This document shows, piece after piece, positions 10,527 to 18,851 of a stretch of 24,000 nt of DNA; the first letter of the stretch is position 1; each line of letters starts with the position of its first letter. Source of the stretch: Pseudomonadota bacterium (GTDB lineage Bacteria > Pseudomonadota > Gammaproteobacteria > Burkholderiales > Burkholderiaceae_C); assembly GCA_041190985.1 (NCBI GenBank), contig JBEEPT010000061.1, forward strand, positions 20,497-44,496, read 5' to 3'. Below the pieces are notes generated by a model. That model did no database searches. It was given only the letters and a program-made list of their open reading frames with translations, and was not told the origin of the DNA. The translations under genes and the position numbers were made by a program.

Positions 10527-11309
10527 ATGTACCAGACCCTGAACATGGAGCGCCAAGGCCCGGTCGCCACGATCTGGATGGACCGCCCCGAGGTGTTCAA
10601 CGCCTTCGACGAGCGGCTGATCGCCGAGCTCGCCGCGGCCTGCGCCGAGCTCGACGCCGACGCCTCGGTGCGCGTGGTCGTGCTGGGCGGCCGTGGCCGG
10701 CATTTCTCGGCCGGCGCCGACCTCAACTGGATGCGCCGCGCCTCGACCTTCACCGAGGAGGAGAACCGCGCCGACGCGCGCCGCTTCGCCGGCATGCTGC
10801 GCGCCCTGTCCGGCATGTCCAAGCCCACGATCGCGCGCATCCAGGGCGCTGCGCTTGGCGGCGGCACCGGCCTGGCGGCGGCCTGCGACATGGCGGTGGC
10901 CAGCCGCGATGCCTCGTTCGCGACCTCCGAGGTCAAGTTCGGCATCATCCCGGCGGTCATCAGCCCCTACGTGCTGCGCGCCATCGGGCCGCGCCAGGCG
11001 CTGCGCTACTTCCAGAGCGCCGAGCGCTTCGATGCCCAGCGCGCCTACGAGATCGGCCTGGTCAACGAGGTCTGCGAGCGCGACGAGCTCGACGCGACCG
11101 TCGCCAGGCTGGTCGAACCCTTGATCGCCGGCGCGCCGCAGGCGCAGCAGGCCGCCAAGGACCTGATCGCCGCCATCCACGGCCGTCCGATCGACGACGC
11201 CGTGAGCGAAGAGACCGCGCAGCGCATCGCGCGCCAGCGCGCCACCGACGAGGCCCGCGACGGCATCGCCGCTTTCCTCGACAAGCGCAGCCCAGCCTGG
11301 CTGCCCTGA
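10527..11309 (+). CDS. Crotonase-superfamily enoyl-CoA hydratase, methylglutaconyl-CoA-hydratase-like subfamily; third crotonase of the cluster
   Basis: 260 aa. Oxyanion-hole segments FSAGADLNWM and GAALGGGTGLAAACD. SEVKFGIIPAVISPYV resembles the LiuC/AtuE-type ISPYV signature as I recall it. It is wedged between paaK and paaA with 16-nt and 27-nt gaps. Confidence 0.8.
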   Translation: MYQTLNMERQGPVATIWMDRPEVFNAFDERLIAELAAACAELDADASVRVVVLGGRGRHFSAGADLNWMRRASTFTEEENRADARRFAGMLRALSGMSKPTIARIQGAALGGGTGLAAACDMAVASRDASFATSEVKFGIIPAVISPYVLRAIGPRQALRYFQSAERFDAQRAYEIGLVNEVCERDELDATVARLVEPLIAGAPQAQQAAKDLIAAIHGRPIDDAVSEETAQRIARQRATDEARDGIAAFLDKRSPAWLP

Positions 11310-11336
11310 TTGCCATCCCAGCCTAGGAGAAACACC

Positions 11337-12347
11337 ATGTACACGCAATCCTTCAGCGTATCGGACGAGCCGGGCAAGGCGCTCAAGCCCGTCGCGTCGA
11401 CCGAGCCGGCCGAACATCTGGCCAGGTTCGAGTCCCGCATCGACGCCGACGGCCGCATCGAGCCGCAGGACTGGATGCCCGAGGCCTACCGCAAGACCCT
11501 GGTGCGCCAGATCAGCCAGCACGCGCACAGCGAGATCGTCGGCATGCTGCCCGAGGGCAACTGGATCAGCCGCGCGCCCAGCCTCAAGCGCAAGGCCATC
11601 CTGATCGCCAAGGTGCAGGACGAGGGCGGCCACGGCCTCTACCTGTATTCCGCTGCCGAGACCCTGGGCACCAGCCGCGCCGAGCTGCTCGACGCGCTGC
11701 ATTCCGGCAAGGCCAAGTACAGCTCGATCTTCAACTACCCGACCCTGAACTGGGCCGACGTCGGCGTGATCGGCTGGCTGGTCGACGGCGCCGCGATCAT
11801 GAACCAGGTGCCGCTGTGCCGCTGCAGCTACGGCCCCTACGCACGCGCCATGGTGCGCGTCTGCAAGGAGGAGTCCTTCCACCAGCGCCAGGGCTACGAG
11901 GCCCTGCTGGTGATGATGCGCGGCACCGAGGAGCAGAAGGCCATGGTGCAGGACGCCGTCAACCGCTGGTGGTGGAAATGCCTGGCCATGTTCGGTCCGC
12001 CCGACACCGACAGCCCGCACAGCGCGCAGGGCATGCGCTGGGGCATCAAGCGCATCTCCAACGACGACCTGCGCCAGAAGTTCGTCGACGCGACCGTGCC
12101 GCAGGCCAGGGTGCTGGGCGTGACCCTGCCCGACCCCGACCTGAAGTGGAACGAGGAGCGCGGCCACCACGACTACGGATCGATCGACTGGAACGAGTTC
12201 TGGGACACCGTCAACGGCAACGGTCCCTGCAACAAGGAGCGCCTGGCCACCCGTGTCAAGGCGCACAACGACGGCCAGTGGGTGCGCGACGCCGCCCTGG
12301 CCCACGCCCGCAAACAGCAACAACGTGCAATCAAGGAGGCAGCATGA
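11337..12347 (+). CDS. paaA: 1,2-phenylacetyl-CoA epoxidase catalytic subunit PaaA
   Basis: AGGAGA RBS at 11325-11330. Ferritin-like di-iron ligand motifs ([25 protein letters not shown]). The ORF-track start at 11310 is 9 codons upstream and lacks an RBS. Confidence 0.93.
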   Translation: MYTQSFSVSDEPGKALKPVASTEPAEHLARFESRIDADGRIEPQDWMPEAYRKTLVRQISQHAHSEIVGMLPEGNWISRAPSLKRKAILIAKVQDEGGHGLYLYSAAETLGTSRAELLDALHSGKAKYSSIFNYPTLNWADVGVIGWLVDGAAIMNQVPLCRCSYGPYARAMVRVCKEESFHQRQGYEALLVMMRGTEEQKAMVQDAVNRWWWKCLAMFGPPDTDSPHSAQGMRWGIKRISNDDLRQKFVDATVPQARVLGVTLPDPDLKWNEERGHHDYGSIDWNEFWDTVNGNGPCNKERLATRVKAHNDGQWVRDAALAHARKQQQRAIKEAA

Positions 12348-12640
12348 GCCACGCAGCATTGAAGGATTGGCCCCTCTGGGAAGTTTTTGTCCGCAGCAAG
12401 CAGGGCCTGGAGCACAAGCACTGCGGCAGCCTGCACGCATCCGACGCGCAGCACGCGCTCGAGATGGCGCGCGACGTCTACACCCGCCGCCAGGAAGGCG
12501 TGAGCATCTGGGTCGTGCAGTCGTCCCAGATCACCGCCAGCAACCCGGACGACAAGGGCGAGCTGTTCGAGCCGGCGGCCGACAAGATCTACCGCCATCC
12601 GACCTTCTACGAGATCCCGGAAGAAGTGGGGCACATGTAA
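12344..12640 (+). CDS. paaB: 1,2-phenylacetyl-CoA epoxidase subunit PaaB
   Basis: 98 aa. Shows an ATGA start/stop overlap with paaA and AAGGAGG at 12333-12339. PaaB signature [24 protein letters not shown]...IWVV. Confidence 0.92.
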   Translation: MSHAALKDWPLWEVFVRSKQGLEHKHCGSLHASDAQHALEMARDVYTRRQEGVSIWVVQSSQITASNPDDKGELFEPAADKIYRHPTFYEIPEEVGHM

Positions 12641-13423
12641 ATGAGCGCAATCGCCAACTACCTGCTGCACCTGGCCGACAACGCCGTGGTGCTGGGCCAG
12701 CGCAACGCCGAATGGTGCGGCCATGGCCCCGTGATCGAGGAAGACATCGCGCTGGCCAACGTCAGCCTGGACCTGATCGGCCAGGCCCGCCTGCTGTACC
12801 AGCAGGCCGCGACCGCGCTCGGCGGCGACGCCACCGAGGACCGGCTGGCCTATTTCCGCGACGTGCCCGACTTCCGCAACTACACGCTGCTGGAGCTGCC
12901 GCATCACGGCGCGCTGGTTGGCTATGCCAAGAGCGACCTCGACTACGGCACCACCATCGTGCGCAACTTCCTCTACAGCGCGCTGATGGTGCTGGTGTGG
13001 GAGCAGTTGCAGCAGTCCCAGGACGAGCAGCTCGCCGCCATCGCCGCCAAGTCGCTCAAGGAAGTGCGCTACCACCTGCGCCACTCGCGCGACTGGCTGG
13101 TGCGCCTGGGCGACGGCACCGATGAGTCGCACGCCCGCGTGCAGGCCGCGCTGGACCACCTGATCCCCTACACGCAGGAATTCTGGACCGCCAGCGAGCT
13201 CGAGTCCGCCGCCGTGGCGGCCGGTGTCGGCGTCGACGTCGCGCTGCTCAAGCCGCAGTGGGACGAGCTGGTCGACGACGCGCTGGCCGAAGCCAGGCTG
13301 GTGCGCCCGGTCGTGGGCGGCCACGTGACCCAGGGCAAGGTTGGCCTGCACTCCGAGCACCTCGGCTTCCTGCTGAGCGAGATGCAGGGGCTGGCCCGCG
13401 CCCATCCCACCGCCACCTGGTAA
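12641..13423 (+). CDS. paaC: 1,2-phenylacetyl-CoA epoxidase structural subunit PaaC
   Basis: 260 aa. The ATG immediately follows the paaB TAA. Helical ferritin-like protein in the canonical paaABCDE position (LLHLADNAVVLGQRNAEWCGHGP). Confidence 0.9.
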   Translation: MSAIANYLLHLADNAVVLGQRNAEWCGHGPVIEEDIALANVSLDLIGQARLLYQQAATALGGDATEDRLAYFRDVPDFRNYTLLELPHHGALVGYAKSDLDYGTTIVRNFLYSALMVLVWEQLQQSQDEQLAAIAAKSLKEVRYHLRHSRDWLVRLGDGTDESHARVQAALDHLIPYTQEFWTASELESAAVAAGVGVDVALLKPQWDELVDDALAEARLVRPVVGGHVTQGKVGLHSEHLGFLLSEMQGLARAHPTATW

Positions 13424-13427
13424 GCGC

Positions 13428-13961
13428 ATGAGTACCACCTTGACGCCCGAAGACGCGGTACGTGCCGCCTGGGCCGCGCTCGAGGTCCTGAGCGACCCCG
13501 AGATCCCGGTCGTGACGCTGCGTGAGCTCGGCATCCTGCGCGACGTGCGCCAGGGCGCCGACGGTCTCGAGGTGGTGATCACGCCGACCTACAGCGGCTG
13601 TCCGGCCATGGGCCAGATCGAGGACGACGTGCGCGCCACGCTGCAGGCCACCGGCCTGCAGGCCAGGGTGATCACCCAGCTCGCGCCGGCCTGGACCACC
13701 GACTGGATGACCGACGCGGCGCGCGACAAGCTGCATGCCTATGGCATCGCTCCGCCGCAGCACCGCTGCGCCAGCCAGCCGCCGACGGGCGAGAGCGTGC
13801 TGCGCTTCGTGCGCCAGGCCGCCCAGCCCGAGATCGTGCCCTGTCCGCATTGCGGCTCCAGCCATACGGTGGAGTCCTCGCATTTCGGCTCCACCGCCTG
13901 CAAGGCGCTCTACAAGTGTCTGGACTGCCAGGAGCCGTTCGACTACTTCAAGCCTTACTAA
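13428..13961 (+). CDS. paaD: Phenylacetate-CoA oxygenase subunit PaaD (DUF59/SufT-like domain plus C-terminal Cys4 ribbon)
   Basis: 177 aa. DPEIPVVTLRELGILRDV...VITPTYSGCPA matches a DUF59-type domain. C-terminal CPHCGS...CLDCQEPF. Starts 4 nt after the paaC stop. Confidence 0.9.
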   Translation: MSTTLTPEDAVRAAWAALEVLSDPEIPVVTLRELGILRDVRQGADGLEVVITPTYSGCPAMGQIEDDVRATLQATGLQARVITQLAPAWTTDWMTDAARDKLHAYGIAPPQHRCASQPPTGESVLRFVRQAAQPEIVPCPHCGSSHTVESSHFGSTACKALYKCLDCQEPFDYFKPY

Positions 13962-13981
13962 GTACTACCGGAGACACCCGC

Positions 13982-15085
13982 ATGTCTGCCCCCCGTTTTC
14001 ATGAGCTCAAGGTCAAGCAAGTCAGCCCGGAAGCGGCTGGCTCGGTGGCCATCACCTTCGACATTCCCGCCCACATGCGCGAGGAGTTCCACTTCGAGCC
14101 GGGCCAGTTCCTGACGCTGCGCGCGCAGATCGACGGCCAGGACGTGCGCCGCAACTACTCGATCAGCAGCCCGCGCAGTCGCCTGCTCAAGGGCGGCGAG
14201 CTCGAGGTCGGCATCCGCCCGGTCGAGGGCGGCCTGTTCTCCAACTGGGCCGCGACCGTGGTCAAGGTCGGCGACAGCCTCAGCGTGCTGCCGCCCGACG
14301 GCCGCTTCACGGTCAGGAAGCCGCGCGCCATCCACCGAGTCGGCTTTGCCGCCGGCTCCGGCATCACGCCCATCCTGTCGATCGCCGCGACCACGCTGGA
14401 AGAGCAGCCCGAGTCCAAGTTCACCCTGGTCTACGGCAACCGCCGCATGTCGAGCGTGATGTTCAACGAGGCGCTGCAGGACCTCAAGGACCGCTACGCC
14501 GGCCGCTTCACCATGATCCACGTGCTGTCGCGCCAGGCCCAGGAAGTCGACCTGCTGCAGGGCCGCATCGACGGCGTCAAGGTGCGCGCCATCATCGACG
14601 CGCTGCTGCCGGCCAGGAGCATGGACGAGGTCTTCATCTGCGGCCCCGAGGCCATGATCGAAGCGACCGAGAAGGCGCTGATCGAAGCCGGCGTACCCGA
14701 GAACCGTGTCCACAGCGAGCGCTTCGCGACCTCGGCGGCGCAGGCGGCCAAGGTGCAGGCCGACACCGACGCCGCCGCCAGCAGGACGGCCGCCGCCAAG
14801 GAGGTGCAGATGACCGTGGTGGTGGACGGCAAGCCATACGACATTCCCGTCAGCCGCGACGAGCACCTGCTCGACGCCGCGCTCGGCGCCGGCCTCGACC
14901 TGCCGTTCTCCTGCAAGGCCGGTGTCTGCTGCACCTGCCGCTGCAAGGTGGTCGAGGGCAGCGCCGTCATGGACAAGAACTTCACGCTCGAGGCCGACGA
15001 GGTTGCGCAAGGCTATGTGCTGAGCTGTCAAGCGCGCGCCGCCGCCAACACCATGAAACTGGTGATCAGCTTCGACGAGCGTTGA
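13982..15085 (+). CDS. paaE: Phenylacetyl-CoA epoxidase reductase subunit PaaE (FNR-like FAD/NAD domains plus plant-type [2Fe-2S] ferredoxin)
   Basis: 367 aa from the ATG at 13982, with GGAGA at 13970-13974. RNYSISS FAD motif, GSGITPILS NAD(P) motif, and C-terminal CKAGVCCTCRCKV...LSCQ cluster ligands. Confidence 0.93.
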   Translation: MSAPRFHELKVKQVSPEAAGSVAITFDIPAHMREEFHFEPGQFLTLRAQIDGQDVRRNYSISSPRSRLLKGGELEVGIRPVEGGLFSNWAATVVKVGDSLSVLPPDGRFTVRKPRAIHRVGFAAGSGITPILSIAATTLEEQPESKFTLVYGNRRMSSVMFNEALQDLKDRYAGRFTMIHVLSRQAQEVDLLQGRIDGVKVRAIIDALLPARSMDEVFICGPEAMIEATEKALIEAGVPENRVHSERFATSAAQAAKVQADTDAAASRTAAAKEVQMTVVVDGKPYDIPVSRDEHLLDAALGAGLDLPFSCKAGVCCTCRCKVVEGSAVMDKNFTLEADEVAQGYVLSCQARAAANTMKLVISFDER

Positions 15086-15087
15086 TC
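14987..15087 (+). repeat. Direct repeat, left copy: functional 3' end of paaE (last 32 codons, stop codon and 2 nt)
   Basis: Matches 17820-17920. There are about 12 mismatches in 101 nt by eye, and 4 in the last 77 nt. See the findings. Confidence 0.9.
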
Positions 15088-15136
15088 CCGGGGCCCCTGT
15101 GCCGGCCAACAGACACATTGACATAGGAGACAACAA

Positions 15137-17731
15137 TTGCGCCCCTCTTTTTCCACCCCGTTTTATCCAAAATCTGGGGCCAGACCCTTGCGCCACATGC
15201 TGACGGCCAGCGGCCTGGCACTGAGCCTGCTCGCACCGCTCACGGCCGTAGCGAAGGAGCCCCCGGCCAAGTCGCTGCGCAGCGGCCAAGTGCGGATTCT
15301 GCGTGATGCCCACGGCATGCCCCATGTCTATGCCAGCACCACATCGGACCTGTTCTACGGCTACGGTTACGCTGTGGCGCAGGACCGGCTGTTCCAGATG
15401 GAAATGGCGCGGCGCAGTACCCAGGGCAAGGTGGCTGCCGTGCTCGGTGAAAAGTTCGTCGCCTTCGACCGCAGCATCCGCGGCAACTTTTCGCCCGAGC
15501 GCATCCAGGCCCAACTTGATGCCCTGCCGCGTGCCGAGCGCGACATCCTGGGCGGCTATGCCGCGGGCATGAATGCCTGGATCGCCCAGGTGCGCCGCGA
15601 GCCCGCCAAGTTGATGCCCAAGCAGTTCACCGAGCTGGGCTTCGAGCCCGCCGACTGGACGGCTTACGACGTCGCGATGATCTTCGTCGGCACCATGGCC
15701 AATCGCTTTTCCGACATGAACGGCGAAATCGACAACCTGGCCCTGCTGACCGCGCTGGATGAACGCCATGGCCGCGATACCGCCTGGCAGATCTTCAATC
15801 AGCTCAAGTGGCAGGTCGATCCCAAGGCGCCGACGACGGTGGCGCCAGAGGAGGGCAGCTACCAGCACACGCCCGTGCCGGCCGAACGCTCGCTGGCCTA
15901 CGCCTTGCCGCGCTATGACGGCACGCCGCCGATGTTGGAGCGCCTGGCTCTCGACCCCGCCGACCGCAGCCTGCTCGATGCCACGCCGCAGGGCAACCGC
16001 AGCGCCTTGCTGGCCCAGATCGAAGCCACCGGGGTGCAAGGCAGCGCCGGCTTCCCGACCACCAGCAATATGTGGATCGTCGGTCGCGACAAGGCGCGCG
16101 GCGCCAAATCCATCCTTGTCAACGGTCCGCAGTTCGGCTGGTTTGCGCCAGCCTACACCTATGGCATCGGCCTGCATGGCGCGGGCTTCGACATCGTCGG
16201 CAACACGCCGTTCGCCTATCCCTGCATCCTGTTCGGCCACAACGGCCGCATCAGCTGGGGCTCCACCGCCGGCGTCGGCGATGGCGTGGATATCTTTGCC
16301 GAGAAGCTCGATCCTGCCGACAGCACCCGCTACTGGCATGACGGCCAGTGGAAGCGCATGGAAAAGCGCAGCGAGACCATCGAGATCAAGGGCAGTGCGC
16401 CGGTGACGCTGGACGTCTACCGCACCGTGCATGGCCTGGTCACCAAGGTCGACGCCAAGAACGGCGTGGCCTATGCCAAGGCCCGCACCTGGGAAGGCTT
16501 CGAGATCCAGTCGCTGCTGGCCTGGACCCACAAGGGCCAGGCGCGCAACTGGAACGAGTGGAAGGCCCAGGCGGAGCGCCACGCCCTGACCATCAACTGG
16601 TACTACACCGACCGCGAAGGCAATATCGGCTACGCCCACACCGGCTTCTACCCACAGCGCCGCCCGGGCCATGACCCGCGACTGCCGGTGACGGGCACCG
16701 GCGAGATGGACTGGCTGGGCCGCCTGCCCTTTGCCAGCAACCCGCAGGTCTACAACCCGCGCCAGGGCTACATCGCCAACTGGAACAACTCGCCGATGAA
16801 GGGCTATCCCTCCACCGACCTGTTCGCGGTGATGTGGACCCAGTCGGATCGCCTGACCGAGCTTGAAGCCCGCCTGCGCGAGAAGCTGCAGCGCGATGGC
16901 GGCATCGACGCCGACGGCATGTGGTCGCTGCTCAAGCCCACCAGCCTGGCCGATGTCAACCTGCGCCATTTCCTGCCCTTTCTGCAGCGCGCCGTCGCCA
17001 CCCTGCCGGCCGACGACCCGCGGGCCCGCCGCGTGGCCTGGCTGGCCAAGTGGAACGGCATGAACAGCGACGAACAAGGGCGCGGCAGCTATGACCACGC
17101 CGGTGGCGCCCTGCTTGACGCCTGGCTGCGTGCCATGCTCAAGGCCACTCTGGCGCAAGACCTGCCTGGCGATTTCTTCAAGTGGTATGCCTCGGCCGGC
17201 TATGCCACCCCGGCGGCGCCCAACGGCGGGTCGGTCAATGTCTCGCCGGGCGGCAAGGTGCTGTTCAATGTGCTGGCGGGCGCTGCCGCGGGCGTCCCGC
17301 AAAAGCACGATTTCCTGCACGGCCGGCCCCAGGCCGAGGTGGTGCTGGAGGCACTCGATGCCGCCTGGGCCGAGCTGAGCCCGCGCTATGGCGAGGACCT
17401 CGACGCCTGGCGCGTGCCGGTGGCGCCGCTGGCGTTCATGAGCAACAACTTCTTCGGCGTGCCGCAAGGCAGTGCCGACGAGGCGCGCCGCGTTGCCGTG
17501 ACCATGAACCGAGGCACCGAGAACAACATGACCGTGTTCACCGACCGGGGCGTGCGTGCCTTCGACGTGGTGGCGCCCGGCCAGAGCGGCTTCATCGCTC
17601 CGGACGGAACCGCCTCGCCCCATGCCCGCGACCAGTTCGACCTCTACGTCAACTTCGGCAACAAACCCGTCTGGTTCACCGACAAAGAGGTACAGCGCAA
17701 CAGCAGCAGCGTCCTGCGCCTGCAGCGTTAA
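15137..17731 (+). CDS. pac: Penicillin G acylase homolog (Ntn-hydrolase, peptidase S45), periplasmic precursor
   Basis: Strong collinearity with E. coli PGA around the beta-chain N-terminus: TTSNMWIVGRDKARGAKSILVNGPQFGWFAPAYTYGIGLHGAGFDIVGNTPFAYPCILFGHNGRISWGSTAG. The nucleophile Ser codon is at 16064-16066. The beta chain from this Ser is 555 aa, which is the expected length. Signal peptide LALSLLAPLTAVA|KEP. The TTG start at 15137 is favoured over the ATG at 15197 for two reasons: AGGAGA lies 6 nt upstream, and only the longer form gives a positively charged n-region. Confidence 0.9.
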   Translation: MRPSFSTPFYPKSGARPLRHMLTASGLALSLLAPLTAVAKEPPAKSLRSGQVRILRDAHGMPHVYASTTSDLFYGYGYAVAQDRLFQMEMARRSTQGKVAAVLGEKFVAFDRSIRGNFSPERIQAQLDALPRAERDILGGYAAGMNAWIAQVRREPAKLMPKQFTELGFEPADWTAYDVAMIFVGTMANRFSDMNGEIDNLALLTALDERHGRDTAWQIFNQLKWQVDPKAPTTVAPEEGSYQHTPVPAERSLAYALPRYDGTPPMLERLALDPADRSLLDATPQGNRSALLAQIEATGVQGSAGFPTTSNMWIVGRDKARGAKSILVNGPQFGWFAPAYTYGIGLHGAGFDIVGNTPFAYPCILFGHNGRISWGSTAGVGDGVDIFAEKLDPADSTRYWHDGQWKRMEKRSETIEIKGSAPVTLDVYRTVHGLVTKVDAKNGVAYAKARTWEGFEIQSLLAWTHKGQARNWNEWKAQAERHALTINWYYTDREGNIGYAHTGFYPQRRPGHDPRLPVTGTGEMDWLGRLPFASNPQVYNPRQGYIANWNNSPMKGYPSTDLFAVMWTQSDRLTELEARLREKLQRDGGIDADGMWSLLKPTSLADVNLRHFLPFLQRAVATLPADDPRARRVAWLAKWNGMNSDEQGRGSYDHAGGALLDAWLRAMLKATLAQDLPGDFFKWYASAGYATPAAPNGGSVNVSPGGKVLFNVLAGAAAGVPQKHDFLHGRPQAEVVLEALDAAWAELSPRYGEDLDAWRVPVAPLAFMSNNFFGVPQGSADEARRVAVTMNRGTENNMTVFTDRGVRAFDVVAPGQSGFIAPDGTASPHARDQFDLYVNFGNKPVWFTDKEVQRNSSSVLRLQR

Positions 17732-17819
17732 CCGGCCCTCCGCCCTTCATCTTCTTCGTTATGGTCTGCATCCGCTCGAGCTCGTTGAGCAGAGGCGGTT
17801 CATTTCCTGAACCCCCGCG

Positions 17820-17918
17820 CTGGAAGCGGGTGAAGTGGCGCAGGGCTACGTGCCGAGCTGTCAGGCGCGCGCCGCCGCCAACACCATGAAACTGGTGATC
17901 AGCTGCGACGAGCGTTGA
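17820..17918 (+). pseudogene. Relic of a paaE 3' end (direct repeat, right copy); no start, in-frame TGA just upstream
   Basis: Encodes LEAGEVAQGYVPSCQARAAANTMKLVISCDER*, against paaE LEADEVAQGYVLSCQARAAANTMKLVISFDER*. It is preceded by an in-frame TGA at 17808-17810 and by unrelated sequence. Confidence 0.85.
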
Positions 17919-18027
17919 TCGGCCGCCCGCCGGCAGCGGGCGCTTGACCTCGAAATGACGGCCGCCCGCTTGGGCCGGAAGCTGTTCCGGCTACAGTGAG
18001 GCGGTCGCATTCACATCAGAGATACCC

Positions 18028-18810
18028 ATGTCTTCTTCCCCCGAATTTATCCAGGTTCGCACCGAAGGCCGCGTCGGCCTGGTCACGCTCAACCGTCCCA
18101 AGCAGCTCAACGCGCTCAACGACCAGCTGGTCGACGAACTGGTCGCGGCGCTCAAGGCCTTCGATGCCGACGACCAGATCGGCTGCATGATCGTCACCGG
18201 CAGCGAGAAGGCCTTCGCGGCCGGCGCCGACATCGGCGCCATGGCCAGCTACGGCTTCGCCGATGTCTACAAGGACGACTACATCACGCGCAACTGGGAC
18301 GCCATTCGCAGCGTGCGCAAGCCCGTGATCGCCGCGGTCAGCGGCTTCGCGCTCGGTGGCGGCTGCGAGCTCGCCATGCTGTGCGACTTCATCATCGCGG
18401 CCGACAACGCCCGCTTCGGCCAGCCCGAGATCAAGCTGGCCGTGATCCCGGGCGCCGGCGGCACCCAGCGCCTGCCGCGCGCGGTGGGCAAGTCCAAGGC
18501 CATGGACATGGTGCTGACCGGCCGCATGATGGACGCGCAGGAAGCGGAGCGCGCCGGCCTGGTCAGCCGCGTGGTGGCGCTCGACAAGCTGATGGACGAG
18601 GCGCTGGGCGCGGCGCTGACGATCTGCAATTACTCGCTGCCCAGCGTGATGGCGGCCAAGGAATCGGTCAACCGCGCCTTCGAGGGCACGCTGGCCGATG
18701 GCGTGATGTTCGAGCGTCGTCTGTTCCACGCGCTGTTCGCGACCGCCGACCAGAAGGAGGGCATGGCCGCCTTCGTCGAGAAGCGGCCGGCCGCCTTCCG
18801 GCATTGCTGA
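18028..18810 (+). CDS. paaF: 2,3-dehydroadipyl-CoA hydratase PaaF (short-chain enoyl-CoA hydratase type)
   Basis: 260 aa. Collinear with E. coli PaaF: LNRPKQLNALN, AFAAGADI, AAVSGFALGGGCELAMLCDF, FGQPEIKLAVIPGAGGTQRLPRAVGKSKAMDMVLTG, EGMAAFVEKR. A generic fatty-acid ECH cannot be excluded by eye. Confidence 0.85.
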   Translation: MSSSPEFIQVRTEGRVGLVTLNRPKQLNALNDQLVDELVAALKAFDADDQIGCMIVTGSEKAFAAGADIGAMASYGFADVYKDDYITRNWDAIRSVRKPVIAAVSGFALGGGCELAMLCDFIIAADNARFGQPEIKLAVIPGAGGTQRLPRAVGKSKAMDMVLTGRMMDAQEAERAGLVSRVVALDKLMDEALGAALTICNYSLPSVMAAKESVNRAFEGTLADGVMFERRLFHALFATADQKEGMAAFVEKRPAAFRHC

Positions 18811-18851
18811 TGTCCGGCGCGGGCGCCGGCCAGGACTGAGGGAGGACCAAG

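Noticed and set aside
15197-15199. ATG at 15197 as the pac start codon
   Set aside because: It would give a signal peptide with no positively charged n-region, and it has no RBS. The TTG at 15137 has AGGAGA at the correct spacing. I kept it as an alternative in the feature evidence.
13958-17623. 1221-aa ORF on the - strand antisense to paaE and pac, plus similar long antisense ORFs at 1032-3035, 4734-7016, 6611-8872, 9086-10960, 10425-12440 and 12173-13582
   Set aside because: All are mirror frames of well-supported + strand genes. Their composition is low complexity and rich in Arg, Ala, Gly, His and Val. They have no motifs and no RBS. They are a high-GC artefact.
15086-17819. The pac insertion as a transposon or IS-borne cassette
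   Set aside because: There is no transposase, integrase, terminal inverted repeats or short target-site duplication. The flanking repeat is about 100 bp of homologous paaE sequence, which points to recombination instead.
17921-17945. GC-rich hairpin (CGCCCGC-CGGCA-GCGGGCG) after the paaE relic as a rho-independent terminator; similar GC hairpin after the LysE-family gene (about 19505-19530)
   Set aside because: No U-tract follows either stem, and short GC stems are frequent by chance in this composition. Neither is reported as a terminator.
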